A stretch of 64,000 nt of DNA. Source: an uncultured virus (IMG/VR IMGVR_UViG_3300020196_000017). Its lineage: Duplodnaviria > Heunggongvirae > Uroviricota > Caudoviricetes. The translations under genes and the position numbers were made by a program. The stretch lies in IMG/VR virus record IMGVR_UViG_3300020196_000017. One strand, given 5' to 3'. The stretch's first letter is position 1. The number at the start of each line of letters is the position of its first letter. Under the pieces are notes generated by a model. That model worked only from the letters and a program-made list of their open reading frames with translations, was not told the origin of the DNA and ran no database searches. Shown piece after piece: positions 1 to 10,094 of this stretch.

Positions 1-105
1 TGGCTTGGCACCCTTCTTGGGTGGCACAGCTTTTTTCTTGGCACCGGCTTCCTTGCCAGCTGGAACCATCCCCTTGCCGGGGACAAACTTTTTTTCTGGG
101 GCCAT
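1..105 (-). CDS. small Lys/Pro-rich basic protein (runs off the window edge)
   Basis: ATG at 105 reads MAPEKKFVPGKGMVPAGKEAGAKKKAVPPKKGAKP with no stop before the edge; TATAAT at 128-133 (-). Confidence 0.55.
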   Translation of the reverse strand, partial: MAPEKKFVPGKGMVPAGKEAGAKKKAVPPKKGAKP

Positions 106-141
106 GGGATTACAGGAATCAACCTTAATTATAAGTTTTGA

Positions 142-348
142 TTACCTACCCTTATAACGTTTAGCTGCACGAGCTGCCTTGCCTGCTTTCTTGGCTGCAT
201 CCGTATTAGAAACAAACTGTTTACCCTCACGGCTAGCAGCACGTTTCTTTTGATCTGTCTCCGCACGTTCTTCTTTAGACAGTGAGGCCCAGGCGCTCTC
301 TGGTAGGTAGCGTTTGGTATATCCCTTTTGTATCGCCTTGTCAGCCAT
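142..348 (-). CDS. small basic phage protein (C-terminal half of a DUF5872-like family)
   Basis: RYLPESAWASLS...GKQFV motif; K/R/A-rich. Confidence 0.6.
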   Translation of the reverse strand: MADKAIQKGYTKRYLPESAWASLSKEERAETDQKKRAASREGKQFVSNTDAAKKAGKAARAAKRYKGR

Positions 349-350
349 GA

Positions 351-584
351 TTAACCCAGTGTTCCTACGGTTGCTTGCATAATTGTGAATTTAATCTCAT
401 CTGGGTATTTACTTTTTTTGAGATCAGACATTTTAAAGGGATATTGAAACTCTAAAGCTGCTTTCTGTAGCACAGGATTTGTTGTTTGACTTGCGTACAT
501 CTGCATTAAACGTTGATCGGGAAACACATCAGGTTCGTAAAGGGGTCTATTGTCTTTTGCGTATTTGCCTGCTAATTCCATCAC
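351..584 (-). CDS. hypothetical protein
   Basis: 77-aa ORF tightly packed between same-strand neighbours. Confidence 0.55.
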   Translation of the reverse strand: MMELAGKYAKDNRPLYEPDVFPDQRLMQMYASQTTNPVLQKAALEFQYPFKMSDLKKSKYPDEIKFTIMQATVGTLG

Positions 585-865
585 TTACTCTCTTTATATT
601 TCTTGGCTGCGGCTTTAGCTTTACCGCGCTTCTCATATTCATCTTTGGTCATCCACTTTTCTTTCCCCCACTTCTCCAGAGATTTTTGTTTTTCTCCTTT
701 GCCGCCTTTGTATCCACCGCCAGCTTTTTCATACTCTTGTGCGACAAGCTGAGCCTTACGCGCAGACCACTGCCCAGGCTTGCCACCTTTAGATCCAGCC
801 ATGATGCGGTCTTTAATCCGCTCACGTAATTCCGGCTTGGAATATTTGCTATCGTCTTGTGCCAT
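581..865 (-). CDS. small basic phage protein (N-terminal half of a DUF5872-like family)
   Basis: KPELRERIK...GGKPGQWSARKAQL...GGGYKG motif. Confidence 0.65.
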   Translation of the reverse strand: MAQDDSKYSKPELRERIKDRIMAGSKGGKPGQWSARKAQLVAQEYEKAGGGYKGGKGEKQKSLEKWGKEKWMTKDEYEKRGKAKAAAKKYKESK

Positions 866-869
866 TACG

Positions 870-1325
870 TTATACCAGAGGAGGATTCTTTAAGCGCACA
901 TTGGTTGGACGGCCTGCACCAGGGTTGGGTACCAATTGCCGCATTTGTTCGTCATATTTAACCGGAGTGCTGGGTCCTTGGTTGGTTGCAACTACTTGCT
1001 CAGGGCCAACCTGTCCCATTTGAGGACCACCAAAGAACTGAGCATTGGCCATTCCTGCAAAATTGCCTGGCATCCCTGGCATCATGCCTTGGATCCCATA
1101 ACCAAAAGCTTGTTGGAATGGCACGTTAATTGAACCTTCTCGTCCAGGTTCATTCTGTGGAAATACACGGATGGGTAAATTATCTTTAGGTGCGCCAGGT
1201 CGATATTGTTCTTGGAAAGTACGAGTGCGAGCGCCTGTCCCAAATGGAAGTTCTGGGCCTCCAGCAACCATCCCGCCAATGTTTCCAGCAGCACCTGGAA
1301 CATTAATACCGCCGCCGTAAATCAT
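870..1325 (-). CDS. Gly/Pro/Gln-rich hypothetical protein
   Basis: 151-aa ORF, ATG start, collinear with the operon. Confidence 0.55.
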   Translation of the reverse strand: MIYGGGINVPGAAGNIGGMVAGGPELPFGTGARTRTFQEQYRPGAPKDNLPIRVFPQNEPGREGSINVPFQQAFGYGIQGMMPGMPGNFAGMANAQFFGGPQMGQVGPEQVVATNQGPSTPVKYDEQMRQLVPNPGAGRPTNVRLKNPPLV

Positions 1326-1582
1326 TTACTATTATTACGTTCTTTTAAGATTTTACTCCACTTACACGGACGTACGTTCATCTCCCAGTCTTTTGGAGGA
1401 TTTGGTATTGCTCGTTTTAATTCCTCAAAGTAATTCTCTAAACGTTCTTCGTCTGTAAATCGTTTAAACGTAGTCAATTACTTCTGCTTGCAAAACCAAA
1501 AACGACGTAATCCGTGGCGCCAAGTCATATTGATTCTTTTTTGGCGCCACTCAACGTAGTGATCTTGGAAGTGACTCATTGA

Positions 1583-1804
1583 CTAACTAAAGTGTCCTTT
1601 GGTTTCGTCTTTGCTGGACTTCATGGAGCTTCCCATCCGTTGCATAATGTCTTCCATGGCCTCCAGGGATTCGAGCCGCATCAAGATGTCGGCAATCGTA
1701 TGGATGGTGATGGGATGTTCGGCACGTGCGGCAAATGCCAACGCGTCACGCAGGCAATTGGTCGCTTGGTTGACCGATTCCTTGACTTGATTGGATAGAG
1801 TCAT
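1583..1804 (-). CDS. hypothetical phage protein
   Basis: Likely start ATG 1804 (MTLSNQVKES...LRDALAFAARAEHP) inside the listed 121-aa ORF. Confidence 0.55.
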   Translation of the reverse strand: MTLSNQVKESVNQATNCLRDALAFAARAEHPITIHTIADILMRLESLEAMEDIMQRMGSSMKSSKDETKGHFS

Positions 1805-1975
1805 TTCCGACTTCTTGGGTTCCCTCAGTATAATTGTTCCCAGCATTTTGTTTAGACAGAGCGAGACTTTGGAGTAGCTGAAGGTGTTGGTCGAGGAATT
1901 GATTTCCGTCTGCCAACATCTGTTGATATTCTTGCATTTGCATGACAACTTGCGGTTCGTAGAAACCGAAACAAC

Positions 1976-2446
1976 TTAAACCATAATAGACGTAATAACC
2001 GAAGCTGTGATACTGGCATAATCCGTACACACGCCGGAAACTTTGGTCTTCTTCCAATGCTCCATTGAATCTCTGGTGGGGTACAGCAGATCAACTAAGA
2101 TGCAGCCAGGTCCTGGTTGAACGTCTGGATAAGTCCAGATGTATCCCCACGACGTTAAAGCGTAGTCATCTTCCTGGTGCCAAAACGCATTAAAGCCTTC
2201 TTTGAGAACGTAGAGAGCATCTCGGTTTTTACAATGCAGCCAGAGGTAATCTTTCCGTTCTTTAAGCCAAACCAAATTAACGTAATACTGGGGGTCGTCG
2301 TGCCCCAAGAAAAACTGACCATCGATGAGACGGATATCGATCTCCACATCGAATAGATGATCAATTGCGGCGTCAATAGTCTCTGGCCGATTTTCTTCCA
2401 GGGGATCAGGGCCATGTAGATTTCCTCGGTGTGAAATGATTTTCAT
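1976..2446 (-). CDS. glycerophosphodiester phosphodiesterase-like (PLC-like) protein
   Basis: MKIISHRGN, EN, DVEIDI, LGHD, LWLHCKN and GVCTDY motifs; ATG 2446 abuts the upstream stop at 2448. Confidence 0.75.
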   Translation of the reverse strand: MKIISHRGNLHGPDPLEENRPETIDAAIDHLFDVEIDIRLIDGQFFLGHDDPQYYVNLVWLKERKDYLWLHCKNRDALYVLKEGFNAFWHQEDDYALTSWGYIWTYPDVQPGPGCILVDLLYPTRDSMEHWKKTKVSGVCTDYASITASVITSIMV

Positions 2447-2447
2447 C

Positions 2448-3824
2448 TCAGCCAAACTCCTTAAGGAATAACTGCAGATCCTCTGGTGTACCGAGCCCAT
2501 GCATGGCACGGACGGGGATTGCGCTAATTTTTTTGCCTTCGTTGATTGCGTAATTGTACGCAGGACAGATGTAAAACTCACCAAGGGTGCGATCGTCAGT
2601 AGCAATCATCTGATCAACGTACTTAACAAAGTCGCTGCCATGTCTCCACCAATACACACCGCAGGTTGCATCATGGCTAATGGGTTTCTTCTCGGCTACT
2701 TCCACAATGTTTGTTGTGCCTGACTCGCGTTTGACATAACTCCACTTGGGATGGGTGCTGTAGAACGTAAAGATTGCACCATCAGCATCGCTGTTTTGTA
2801 ATTGGTACAGACTTTGGATCGGGTCCCATTCCAGGAACTGGTCGCTGTTAAGGATCAGCAAGGGTTGGTCATTGTCAATAATGTCGCGTGCCAGAAGTGC
2901 AGTACATGCCGCACCGTCGGTGATGCCATTGACCGGAACGACAAAAGAACCAGGGGCAATCAAGTTGAGTAGGCTGGGCAGGCTGTACTTTTCGATGTGC
3001 TCTTCTTGGGCAAGAAATGTGTAATTAGCTTTGATACCAACGTTCTCAACAACAAGTTGGATCATCGGCTTACCCAATACGTCAATCAACGGCTTGGGGA
3101 ACGTAAATCCAGCGGCGGCAAAACGTGAGCCACGGCCTGCCATGGGGATCAGGACATTGAGATCATTCATGCGTGGTTGAGGTTTGGCTTTGAGTTTTTC
3201 ATCTACTAAGGTAATAGCTTCTTGAATCTTTTGCTCGGTAAGATCTGCGCGATTCTTGACAGCAATCACTTGAGCGCCAGACTGAAGGGCAGCTTGGATG
3301 CCAACGGCTGAGTCTTCAAAAATTACACAGTCTTTTGGTGTCACACCAAAGTGAATCATGCAGCGCCAATACAATTCGGGATGTGGTTTCTTGTGATGTA
3401 CTTCTTCGGCACTGATGAAGTAGTCGACTAAGGAAAACAAGCCGAGGGAGTGGATGGCATTTTGAACTGACTTGCGAATGCAGTTGGATGCAACGGCGAC
3501 CGCAATGTTCTCTGCTTTGATTTGCTCCAGAAGTTGGAACAGTTGTTTGTCTTTGGCGAGCTGGGAGAAATGATAAGTTGTGATCTTTTGTTTTAAGGCC
3601 CAGATTGTCTCATGAGTCTCGGGTGGAAGATTGCGTTCCTGGCTAAGGCGTTGCAACTTTTCGCTCGTTGGTAAACCATCGAAATAGGCAAGGTGATCTT
3701 CAGTGCTGATCACATACTTTTGGTCAATAGTTGTCAGGGCTTGATTGAGGGCTTCAAAGTGAATGTCTTTGCTATCAACCAGGACACCGTCAAGGTCAAA
3801 ACAGATGAGTTTGGTCATGGTCAA
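2448..3824 (-). CDS. HAD-family phosphatase fused to a sugar-nucleotidyltransferase domain
   Basis: FDLDGVLVDS (HAD motif I), KPHP, FEDS; then IPMAGRGSRF...PKPLI, EKKPIS and LGTPEDL (NTP-transferase). Confidence 0.85.
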   Translation of the reverse strand: MTMTKLICFDLDGVLVDSKDIHFEALNQALTTIDQKYVISTEDHLAYFDGLPTSEKLQRLSQERNLPPETHETIWALKQKITTYHFSQLAKDKQLFQLLEQIKAENIAVAVASNCIRKSVQNAIHSLGLFSLVDYFISAEEVHHKKPHPELYWRCMIHFGVTPKDCVIFEDSAVGIQAALQSGAQVIAVKNRADLTEQKIQEAITLVDEKLKAKPQPRMNDLNVLIPMAGRGSRFAAAGFTFPKPLIDVLGKPMIQLVVENVGIKANYTFLAQEEHIEKYSLPSLLNLIAPGSFVVPVNGITDGAACTALLARDIIDNDQPLLILNSDQFLEWDPIQSLYQLQNSDADGAIFTFYSTHPKWSYVKRESGTTNIVEVAEKKPISHDATCGVYWWRHGSDFVKYVDQMIATDDRTLGEFYICPAYNYAINEGKKISAIPVRAMHGLGTPEDLQLFLKEFG

Positions 3825-5377
3825 AGCCTCTGTCCTTTGTTGGCATCAACTTGGCTGAAGAACTTTTGATCCCTGTGCTCTTTCTGGTGATAAACCGTGC
3901 AGTTGTAAGCGCACTTGAAATGCACAAACGGACGTAAGCGATTCGTCCACTCCAGGTCTTCTTCCTGCATGTGACCCAGGGATTCATTGAAGGGTACTTC
4001 CAGGAGCAGGTCTCTGTGGACGCAGAAGATATTGCCTGAGATGTACACATCTCCTTGGTGTTGCCAGTCGCTGTAGTTGTAAAAGACACGTCGATCTAAT
4101 TCCCGTGGACCATCGAAGCCACTCCAGTCGTACCAAAACCTTTTACCATCTACGCGTTGTTGCGGGAACGCAAGTACAGACCAGGGATATTCCAACTCGA
4201 AACGGTGGAGTGCTTGGTACCAGTGGGGGCTGAGTGTTAAGTAGTCATGTAGTAAACAAAGGCGTTCATATTGTGCTTCTTGGGCAAGCACATTCTTTTT
4301 CTTGGTAATCCACAGGCGACGTACTGATTCATCGAAAGGAATGAACCGAAGGTTTGGATGAGCCAGATCTGTAGCTAAATCTTCGGGGCATTCAGGACCA
4401 ATCAAAAGAATTTCATATTCATCCAGGTCTTGGGCGTGGATTGAATTGACACATGTAATAAGGTGTTCTGGATTGTCGTACCCAGTGCAAATACCGAAGG
4501 TGATTGGTGTTTCGTGGTAGTAGTCCTGATTGGAAAATGTATATTTTTGTGACATCTCCAGGCGTTTGCGGTGATGCGCAACAACCTCAGCGGAGGGAAC
4601 TACTTCAACGTCATGTTTGATTTCGGCATGGATGAGTGGGTCAACAATGACTTCATATCCATTGTCACGAAGGGAACGGCAAAAAGCCCAGTGCTCGCAA
4701 CCTGCTTTTCCGTCCCATTGGACATTGAATTCCAGGGCGTCTGCTTTGATTAGTGCGACTGAACCAAAGGCACTCGATACACTTACCGGTTCTTCTGCCT
4801 CCCAGGTTTCACGGTCAATTGGAGACAGGAATGGGTTGGAGGCGAAGGTCATCGCCTGGTTACCATCGGCATCAATCAATGCCCAGCTGTCGTAATAAGA
4901 CGGCAAGCCAGTCTCTTCAATAGCATCGGTAACGTCTTGAACAGTATTGGGTGTGATCATGCCCCAGCTGGGGTTGTCGTCCAGGGCGTCAACCATTCGT
5001 TGAATCTGGTCGGGACGGAAGGCCACATTGGTATCGGCCACCAGGAGATAATCGAAATCCCAGTAGTCAAGGAGTTGCAGGCACATGTTGCGGTACCGTG
5101 CCAACCACTGGGTTCGTTCGGTTGACTGGACACTTCCCCATTGTTTGGAATCATTGTGCTCACTGATGAGAAACCCTTTACGGGTGTCAAGCCAGGAACG
5201 CAGGACAAATGGGGTTGTATCTGTGGAGTCGTTCTCCAGAAATGCGTAGATGAATCGATATTTTTGGGGGATCAGCTCGTCTTCCAGCCACTCGTAGTTG
5301 GCAACGGTTTGTTCGGTTCCTTGTCCATTGTTGCGCCACAAAGTGAGAACGGCGATACGCTTGGCAACTGGCGGCAT
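3821..5377 (-). CDS. two-domain GT-A glycosyltransferase (CAP59/Anp1-like N-domain plus GT2-like C-domain)
   Basis: ENDSTDTT, LARYRN, YYDSWAL, SAFG and CEH in the N-domain; WITKKKN, LLHDY and EED in the C-domain. Confidence 0.75.
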   Translation of the reverse strand: MPPVAKRIAVLTLWRNNGQGTEQTVANYEWLEDELIPQKYRFIYAFLENDSTDTTPFVLRSWLDTRKGFLISEHNDSKQWGSVQSTERTQWLARYRNMCLQLLDYWDFDYLLVADTNVAFRPDQIQRMVDALDDNPSWGMITPNTVQDVTDAIEETGLPSYYDSWALIDADGNQAMTFASNPFLSPIDRETWEAEEPVSVSSAFGSVALIKADALEFNVQWDGKAGCEHWAFCRSLRDNGYEVIVDPLIHAEIKHDVEVVPSAEVVAHHRKRLEMSQKYTFSNQDYYHETPITFGICTGYDNPEHLITCVNSIHAQDLDEYEILLIGPECPEDLATDLAHPNLRFIPFDESVRRLWITKKKNVLAQEAQYERLCLLHDYLTLSPHWYQALHRFELEYPWSVLAFPQQRVDGKRFWYDWSGFDGPRELDRRVFYNYSDWQHQGDVYISGNIFCVHRDLLLEVPFNESLGHMQEEDLEWTNRLRPFVHFKCAYNCTVYHQKEHRDQKFFSQVDANKGQRL

Positions 5378-5383
5378 GGTGAT

Positions 5384-5545
5384 CTACAAATCCACCCTAA
5401 TGTACTCAATTTCCCGTTCTAAAAGTTTTTTTTCATAAAAATCTGCAAGCTCGGTGTCAATATCCTCGAAAATCTTGCCATCCAGGCTGAGGACTGGATA
5501 CGCATCTACGTCTTCCAGGTAGAAGCGGGTCAGCTGACTAGCCAC
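5384..5545 (-). CDS. small acidic hypothetical protein (53 aa)
   Basis: GTG-start ORF MASQLTRFYLEDVDAYP... fills the gap between the hli and GT genes. Confidence 0.45.
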   Translation of the reverse strand: MASQLTRFYLEDVDAYPVLSLDGKIFEDIDTELADFYEKKLLEREIEYIRVDL

Positions 5546-5783
5546 AGACCAACTCCCAAATCCCTTTGCCTGTAAGGAGTTCCAGCCAAAGGACCGATGA
5601 AAGAGTAATCATTGCCACACGCCCGTTGATTCGCTCGGCATACCAGAGAAAGTCGGCTGGATGGGTGGGAATATTCCAGAATTTCAGATCGGGGCACTCA
5701 TCCCAGATGTATTTGATGGTCTCAAATAAGACCCAACTGAGACAATTGAGATAACCACGTATGGCAAGGATGAGTTTGTTCAT
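5538..5783 (-). CDS. hli: high-light-inducible protein (HLIP/chlorophyll a/b-binding-like)
   Basis: AERINGRVAMI...LELLTGKGI matches the HLIP ExxNGRxAM helix. Confidence 0.75.
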   Translation of the reverse strand: MNKLILAIRGYLNCLSWVLFETIKYIWDECPDLKFWNIPTHPADFLWYAERINGRVAMITLSSVLWLELLTGKGIWELVCG

Positions 5784-5946
5784 TTGAAGACTCCGTTGAT
5801 GATCACAATGTCAATAAGGGCAACCGTAAACATGGACGAGAGGATAAGTAAGACCACTAATCTGAACTCACTCATTGTCTGCGACTCATTTGAGTCTCAA
5901 ATAACTTAAAGGATGTTTACAATATAACTAATAAATCAGGTTATGA

Positions 5947-6774
5947 ATGACCTGCAGAACTAAAGATCAGTGGCAAAGCAAGCTTTCGGACCTCAACAAA
6001 GGGCCGGCTCGCATCACTCTTAACGGTAAAAGGCACTACGTCACGCCACTGCCATGTGGTCCGGCACCGTCTGTAACCACAATCATTTCTGAAACCGCAT
6101 CAGAAGCCAACAAGAAAAAGTTGGAGATGTGGTCCAAGGCAAACCCTGGTGTGAAGGAGGTTGCTGCTGAACGTGGCACGGCGGTACACTACGGGATGGA
6201 ACAGTACTTAAAGGGGAACAAGGCCCCTGAAATCCCTGATGGCTACCAGGATTTTTGGTCGGGCATGCCGCCAATTCTTGATCAATTTGAAGAAGTTCTT
6301 TGGGCGGAATCGCCTGTTGACGAACGTTTTAATTTCACTATTGGTGCCGATGACGTGGCTCGCGTCTGGGGTTGCGATGACGAAGGTCGCGCTTGGGCTG
6401 GTGCTCCTGACATTATTGGTGTGGTTAATAACAAGCTCACTCTTGCCGACTTAAAAACCAGCGTCAAACCGTATAGCCGCAAGTGGCCTAAGGACTTGGA
6501 GAAGGGATCGCCTGAATGGCGGGACTTGCTTGGTGGTCATATGAAATTCAAAAAGACTTGCAAGCAGCTGGCGGCATACGACCTGGCAATTGAACAAACT
6601 TTGGGTATGAAGGTCCAGCAGGCAGCCATCTTGGTTTCTACGCCAGTGCGTACTCAGATCTTTAAGATTTCCAGGAATTTTTTGAATTTGTTGCGGGAAG
6701 ATTGGTTCAAAATCGTTGAGGAATACTACAAGCAGGTCGAAAAACATGGAAACTATGACCCGGATTTGATCTGA
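5947..6774 (+). CDS. PD-(D/E)XK-family exonuclease
   Basis: PSVTTII, RGTAVH, AGAPD...LADLKTS and QLAAY motifs. Confidence 0.85.
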   Translation: MTCRTKDQWQSKLSDLNKGPARITLNGKRHYVTPLPCGPAPSVTTIISETASEANKKKLEMWSKANPGVKEVAAERGTAVHYGMEQYLKGNKAPEIPDGYQDFWSGMPPILDQFEEVLWAESPVDERFNFTIGADDVARVWGCDDEGRAWAGAPDIIGVVNNKLTLADLKTSVKPYSRKWPKDLEKGSPEWRDLLGGHMKFKKTCKQLAAYDLAIEQTLGMKVQQAAILVSTPVRTQIFKISRNFLNLLREDWFKIVEEYYKQVEKHGNYDPDLI

Positions 6775-6775
6775 G

Positions 6776-7129
6776 ATGTTGAAATTATTCCTTCAACAGA
6801 ATATTGATGCCATCGTCAAGTGGCTAAAGAAGGTTTGGTTTGAGGCAAAGCTGGCGGCTCGTCTCAAAATGATCGAACTTGAGAACCAGGTTGAGTCGGA
6901 GTTGGAGAGGGAGGAACAAGCTAAGCCGAAATATACGGAACATCCGATCAATCCTGAGCTTCAGACCGGTGAGTCTCGTTTGTTGGGTGGGGCGATGCAA
7001 CTGAGTGCGCCATGGAGCACGTTGTCACAAAACGAAAAAGATCGACGCATTGATCTGGCTGTATCAACGTCTTCTGCTATAGAAACCAGTGGTGACAAAG
7101 GATCTCAAAATGAGACAGATAAGTCTTAA
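6776..7129 (+). CDS. hypothetical protein
   Basis: 117-aa ORF starting immediately after the exonuclease stop. Confidence 0.55.
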   Translation: MLKLFLQQNIDAIVKWLKKVWFEAKLAARLKMIELENQVESELEREEQAKPKYTEHPINPELQTGESRLLGGAMQLSAPWSTLSQNEKDRRIDLAVSTSSAIETSGDKGSQNETDKS

Positions 7130-7202
7130 AAGATTTTAGGAATGCATAACGGTCGGCTTGGATTGGTCACCGTAGGATGATTAAAGTTTCAATTCCCACC
7201 CG

Positions 7203-7388
7203 ATGGACGTTCACGTCGCAACGGGAGAGTGGATAAATACCCTCATTAACCGTATGGCACATGCGGCGGATGGGGACTGTTTTTATCTGCCTTCCCAAAT
7301 GCATCTTCATGCATTTTTGTTGGCAAAAGAAAGCTCTTTCCCTGAGCGAAACTTTAGAGTGGAAGTTGAGGAGAAACAAGCAGCATGA
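7203..7388 (+). CDS. hypothetical protein
   Basis: 61-aa ORF with ATGA overlap into the primase gene. Confidence 0.55.
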   Translation: MDVHVATGEWINTLINRMAHAADGDCFYLPSQMHLHAFLLAKESSFPERNFRVEVEEKQAA

Positions 7389-10036
7389 CGAACAAGAACA
7401 AGCAAGCCCTTCGTCCAGGGGAAATCAAGCTCGGTTTGATTCCGAAAGATTGGCCCTTGACCCCACTGGGGGGAAACAAGGATCCATACGTCAATGGCTG
7501 GCAAACCAAGCCATTTAGTGTCGTTGAAATAGAAGACGAAATTACTAAAGGTAAGTGCAAGGCTGTCGGACTGATCGGCGGTCCTGTTTATAACCATCCA
7601 TATGGTTTTGTCTGGGTTGATGTCGATGGTCCTTCCGTCTATCAGCTCATTGAGCAAGTGTCGGACCTGCCCCTCCAGGAGGCACTGCCGTCAACTTTGA
7701 CGATTTGCAGCGGGAAGATTGGTCGTGAGCGGAAGCTGTACAAATTAAATCGAGAAAAACACAAGCATTTTGTCCGTAATAAGTACACGTGGCATGCAGA
7801 GGAAAATAAAGAAAAGCTTGAGATCCTTTGGCAAAAGCACCAGGGCGTTCTCATGGGGTTGCACCCTGAGACGGACGGTTACTTTACGGCAGAGGATGGT
7901 GGGTTTGAGTGGATTGAAACTCTGCCTGAACTGCCGGACTGGATTCTGCAGGCCATCATCCAAAAGAACGTAAGGCAGGGGGTTCCGGCAGGGGAAACCA
8001 CACGGATTGTTGGTCCGTCGTTCGCAGTACAGGCGTCAATCAACCTGGAACGCGACATGCAACTTGCCACCGAGGCAATGTGGGCTATGCCTCCAGAGGC
8101 AGCGGATGATTACGACATTTGGATTACGGTCGGTCAGTCGCTTCATGCACTGGATGAATCCTTGCTTGAAGTGTGGGAAGAGTGGTCGAAACAATCCGAG
8201 AAGTATCGGGATGGTGAATGCCACAAGCGGTGGCTTTCATTCTCGAAAGGTGGGGGACGCACCCTTGGCTCCCTCATTTACATGGCTAAGGAGCATGGCT
8301 GGCAGGAGTCGCAGGACTACCGGGCGATGAACGTCGATGATGACACGCTAGAGCACGTGTCCAATCTGTTACCTCAAATTGAGCAGGATCTTGGTATGAG
8401 TCCAGAAGTGTTGGAGGCTGCGGCCCAGCCATCGGTAAAGAAAACGATGTTGCGGCCAGGGAAGCCGGAATACCCATCAAAGAAAGAAAAAGAGCAGCGG
8501 CCCAAGAACGCATCATCGGATGTCATCGTCGATTTGCTTCTGCAAATGTACCAGGGAAATCTGAAGTACAGCATTCAGCACGGGCAATTCTTTCTGTATG
8601 AGCATGACACCAAGGGTCTTTGGTCTCCATTGACCAAGGTTGAAATGCTGGGTGACATCCGCTCCAAGCTGAAGACGAAAGGTGTATCGGATCTGTTGCC
8701 TGGTGGGTTTAATACCCGGATGATGAACGATATGTATGACCACCTCCAGACCTTGTTGTATTTCAGGGAGTGGTACGACGGTACAGACCATTTGCTGTTT
8801 ACGAATGGCGTCCTGGATATTCACACGAGGGAGCTGCTGCCGTTCAATCGTCAAATGCATATGACGCAACAAATGCCATATGCGTATGATCCGGCTGCCA
8901 CTTGTGAAGAAATTGTTAAGTGGCTGAAGCATATTCAGCACGACAGCTGGGAACGTGCTCAGGTGCTAAGGGCGTGGCTGCGGGCTACACTTCTTGGTCG
9001 TTATGAGATTCAGAAGTTTGTTGAGATTGTCGGACCAGGGAAATCAGGGAAGTCGACCTATGCAAACCTGGCGGTGGCACTGGTTGGCAAGAAAAATGTG
9101 TACTCAACTGACTTTGAAAATCTGGAGAAGAACCGATTTGAAGCGGCTGGTTACATGGGTAAGAAACTGCTGCTGTTCCAAGATGCGGATAGGTGGGGTG
9201 GTTCGGTATCTCGATTGAAGGCGATTACCGGTAATGACTGGATCCGTAGTGAACGCAAGTATCAGAACGAGAATCAGGAACCGTTTCAGTTCAAGGGTGT
9301 TGTAATCATTACGGCTAATGAAGCTATTCAGTCAACCGATTACACGTCCGGGCTTTCCAGGAGGAGACTCACTGTTCCATTCGATCGTCCGTTCAAGGGT
9401 GGTCCTCATGAACAAAAGGAACTGATCAAGTTTAATTCGCAGGGTGAACCGCAAGGTGAATTTGCACCCTTGTTGCCTGGTTTGGTGAACTGGCTCCTCG
9501 ATATGACGGAGGAGGAAATGCGGGAGTACTTAATGGAAACCGCCAAGAAGGTGAAGTTCTTCCAGAAGTATGAGAAGATGCAGAACCTTCGTTCCAATCC
9601 GTTACTGGATTGGATGGAACACCGACTGGTCTTTGATTTGAATGTGAGTACGGCGGTTGGATTCACCAAGAATGCACCGATGGGATCCAGTCACATTTAT
9701 GCGAATCATGATAAGTGGTTGTATGCCAGCTATGCAGAGTTCTGTCGGCAGTGCAACGTGGGCGTTATGTCCAGGAATAGGTTTGAGCCATTGTTCTTAG
9801 ACATCTGTACACACCAGTTAGGTGTCAACGTGTATGCCAAGAGGAGCAAGCGGGGCATGCGGATCATTAACGTTGCGGTAAGGGAGTCGAACCCGAAGTA
9901 TGAAAATTACCCCAGCATTGTTGAGGTTGCTGCTGACAAGAATAAATTCCAAGAGCATTACGGTGTTGATCTGTATGCACAGCCAAATGCCACTACGGAT
10001 GCAGATCCTGAGGAAGATGAAATGGAAGTGTTTTGA
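7385..10036 (+). CDS. bifunctional primase-polymerase / PriCT-2 / D5-like SF3 helicase
   Basis: Prim-pol VDVD and HPETDGY; PriCT-2 YDIWITVGQSLH...WSKQS.KY; Walker A GPGKSGKST; LKAITGND; ITANE. Confidence 0.9.
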   Translation: MTNKNKQALRPGEIKLGLIPKDWPLTPLGGNKDPYVNGWQTKPFSVVEIEDEITKGKCKAVGLIGGPVYNHPYGFVWVDVDGPSVYQLIEQVSDLPLQEALPSTLTICSGKIGRERKLYKLNREKHKHFVRNKYTWHAEENKEKLEILWQKHQGVLMGLHPETDGYFTAEDGGFEWIETLPELPDWILQAIIQKNVRQGVPAGETTRIVGPSFAVQASINLERDMQLATEAMWAMPPEAADDYDIWITVGQSLHALDESLLEVWEEWSKQSEKYRDGECHKRWLSFSKGGGRTLGSLIYMAKEHGWQESQDYRAMNVDDDTLEHVSNLLPQIEQDLGMSPEVLEAAAQPSVKKTMLRPGKPEYPSKKEKEQRPKNASSDVIVDLLLQMYQGNLKYSIQHGQFFLYEHDTKGLWSPLTKVEMLGDIRSKLKTKGVSDLLPGGFNTRMMNDMYDHLQTLLYFREWYDGTDHLLFTNGVLDIHTRELLPFNRQMHMTQQMPYAYDPAATCEEIVKWLKHIQHDSWERAQVLRAWLRATLLGRYEIQKFVEIVGPGKSGKSTYANLAVALVGKKNVYSTDFENLEKNRFEAAGYMGKKLLLFQDADRWGGSVSRLKAITGNDWIRSERKYQNENQEPFQFKGVVIITANEAIQSTDYTSGLSRRRLTVPFDRPFKGGPHEQKELIKFNSQGEPQGEFAPLLPGLVNWLLDMTEEEMREYLMETAKKVKFFQKYEKMQNLRSNPLLDWMEHRLVFDLNVSTAVGFTKNAPMGSSHIYANHDKWLYASYAEFCRQCNVGVMSRNRFEPLFLDICTHQLGVNVYAKRSKRGMRIINVAVRESNPKYENYPSIVEVAADKNKFQEHYGVDLYAQPNATTDADPEEDEMEVF

Positions 10037-10094
10037 TTAGCTGCTGCAGAAACTTATTTGTTTTTGTATAGTTAATCGAGATATTTCCGATTAA

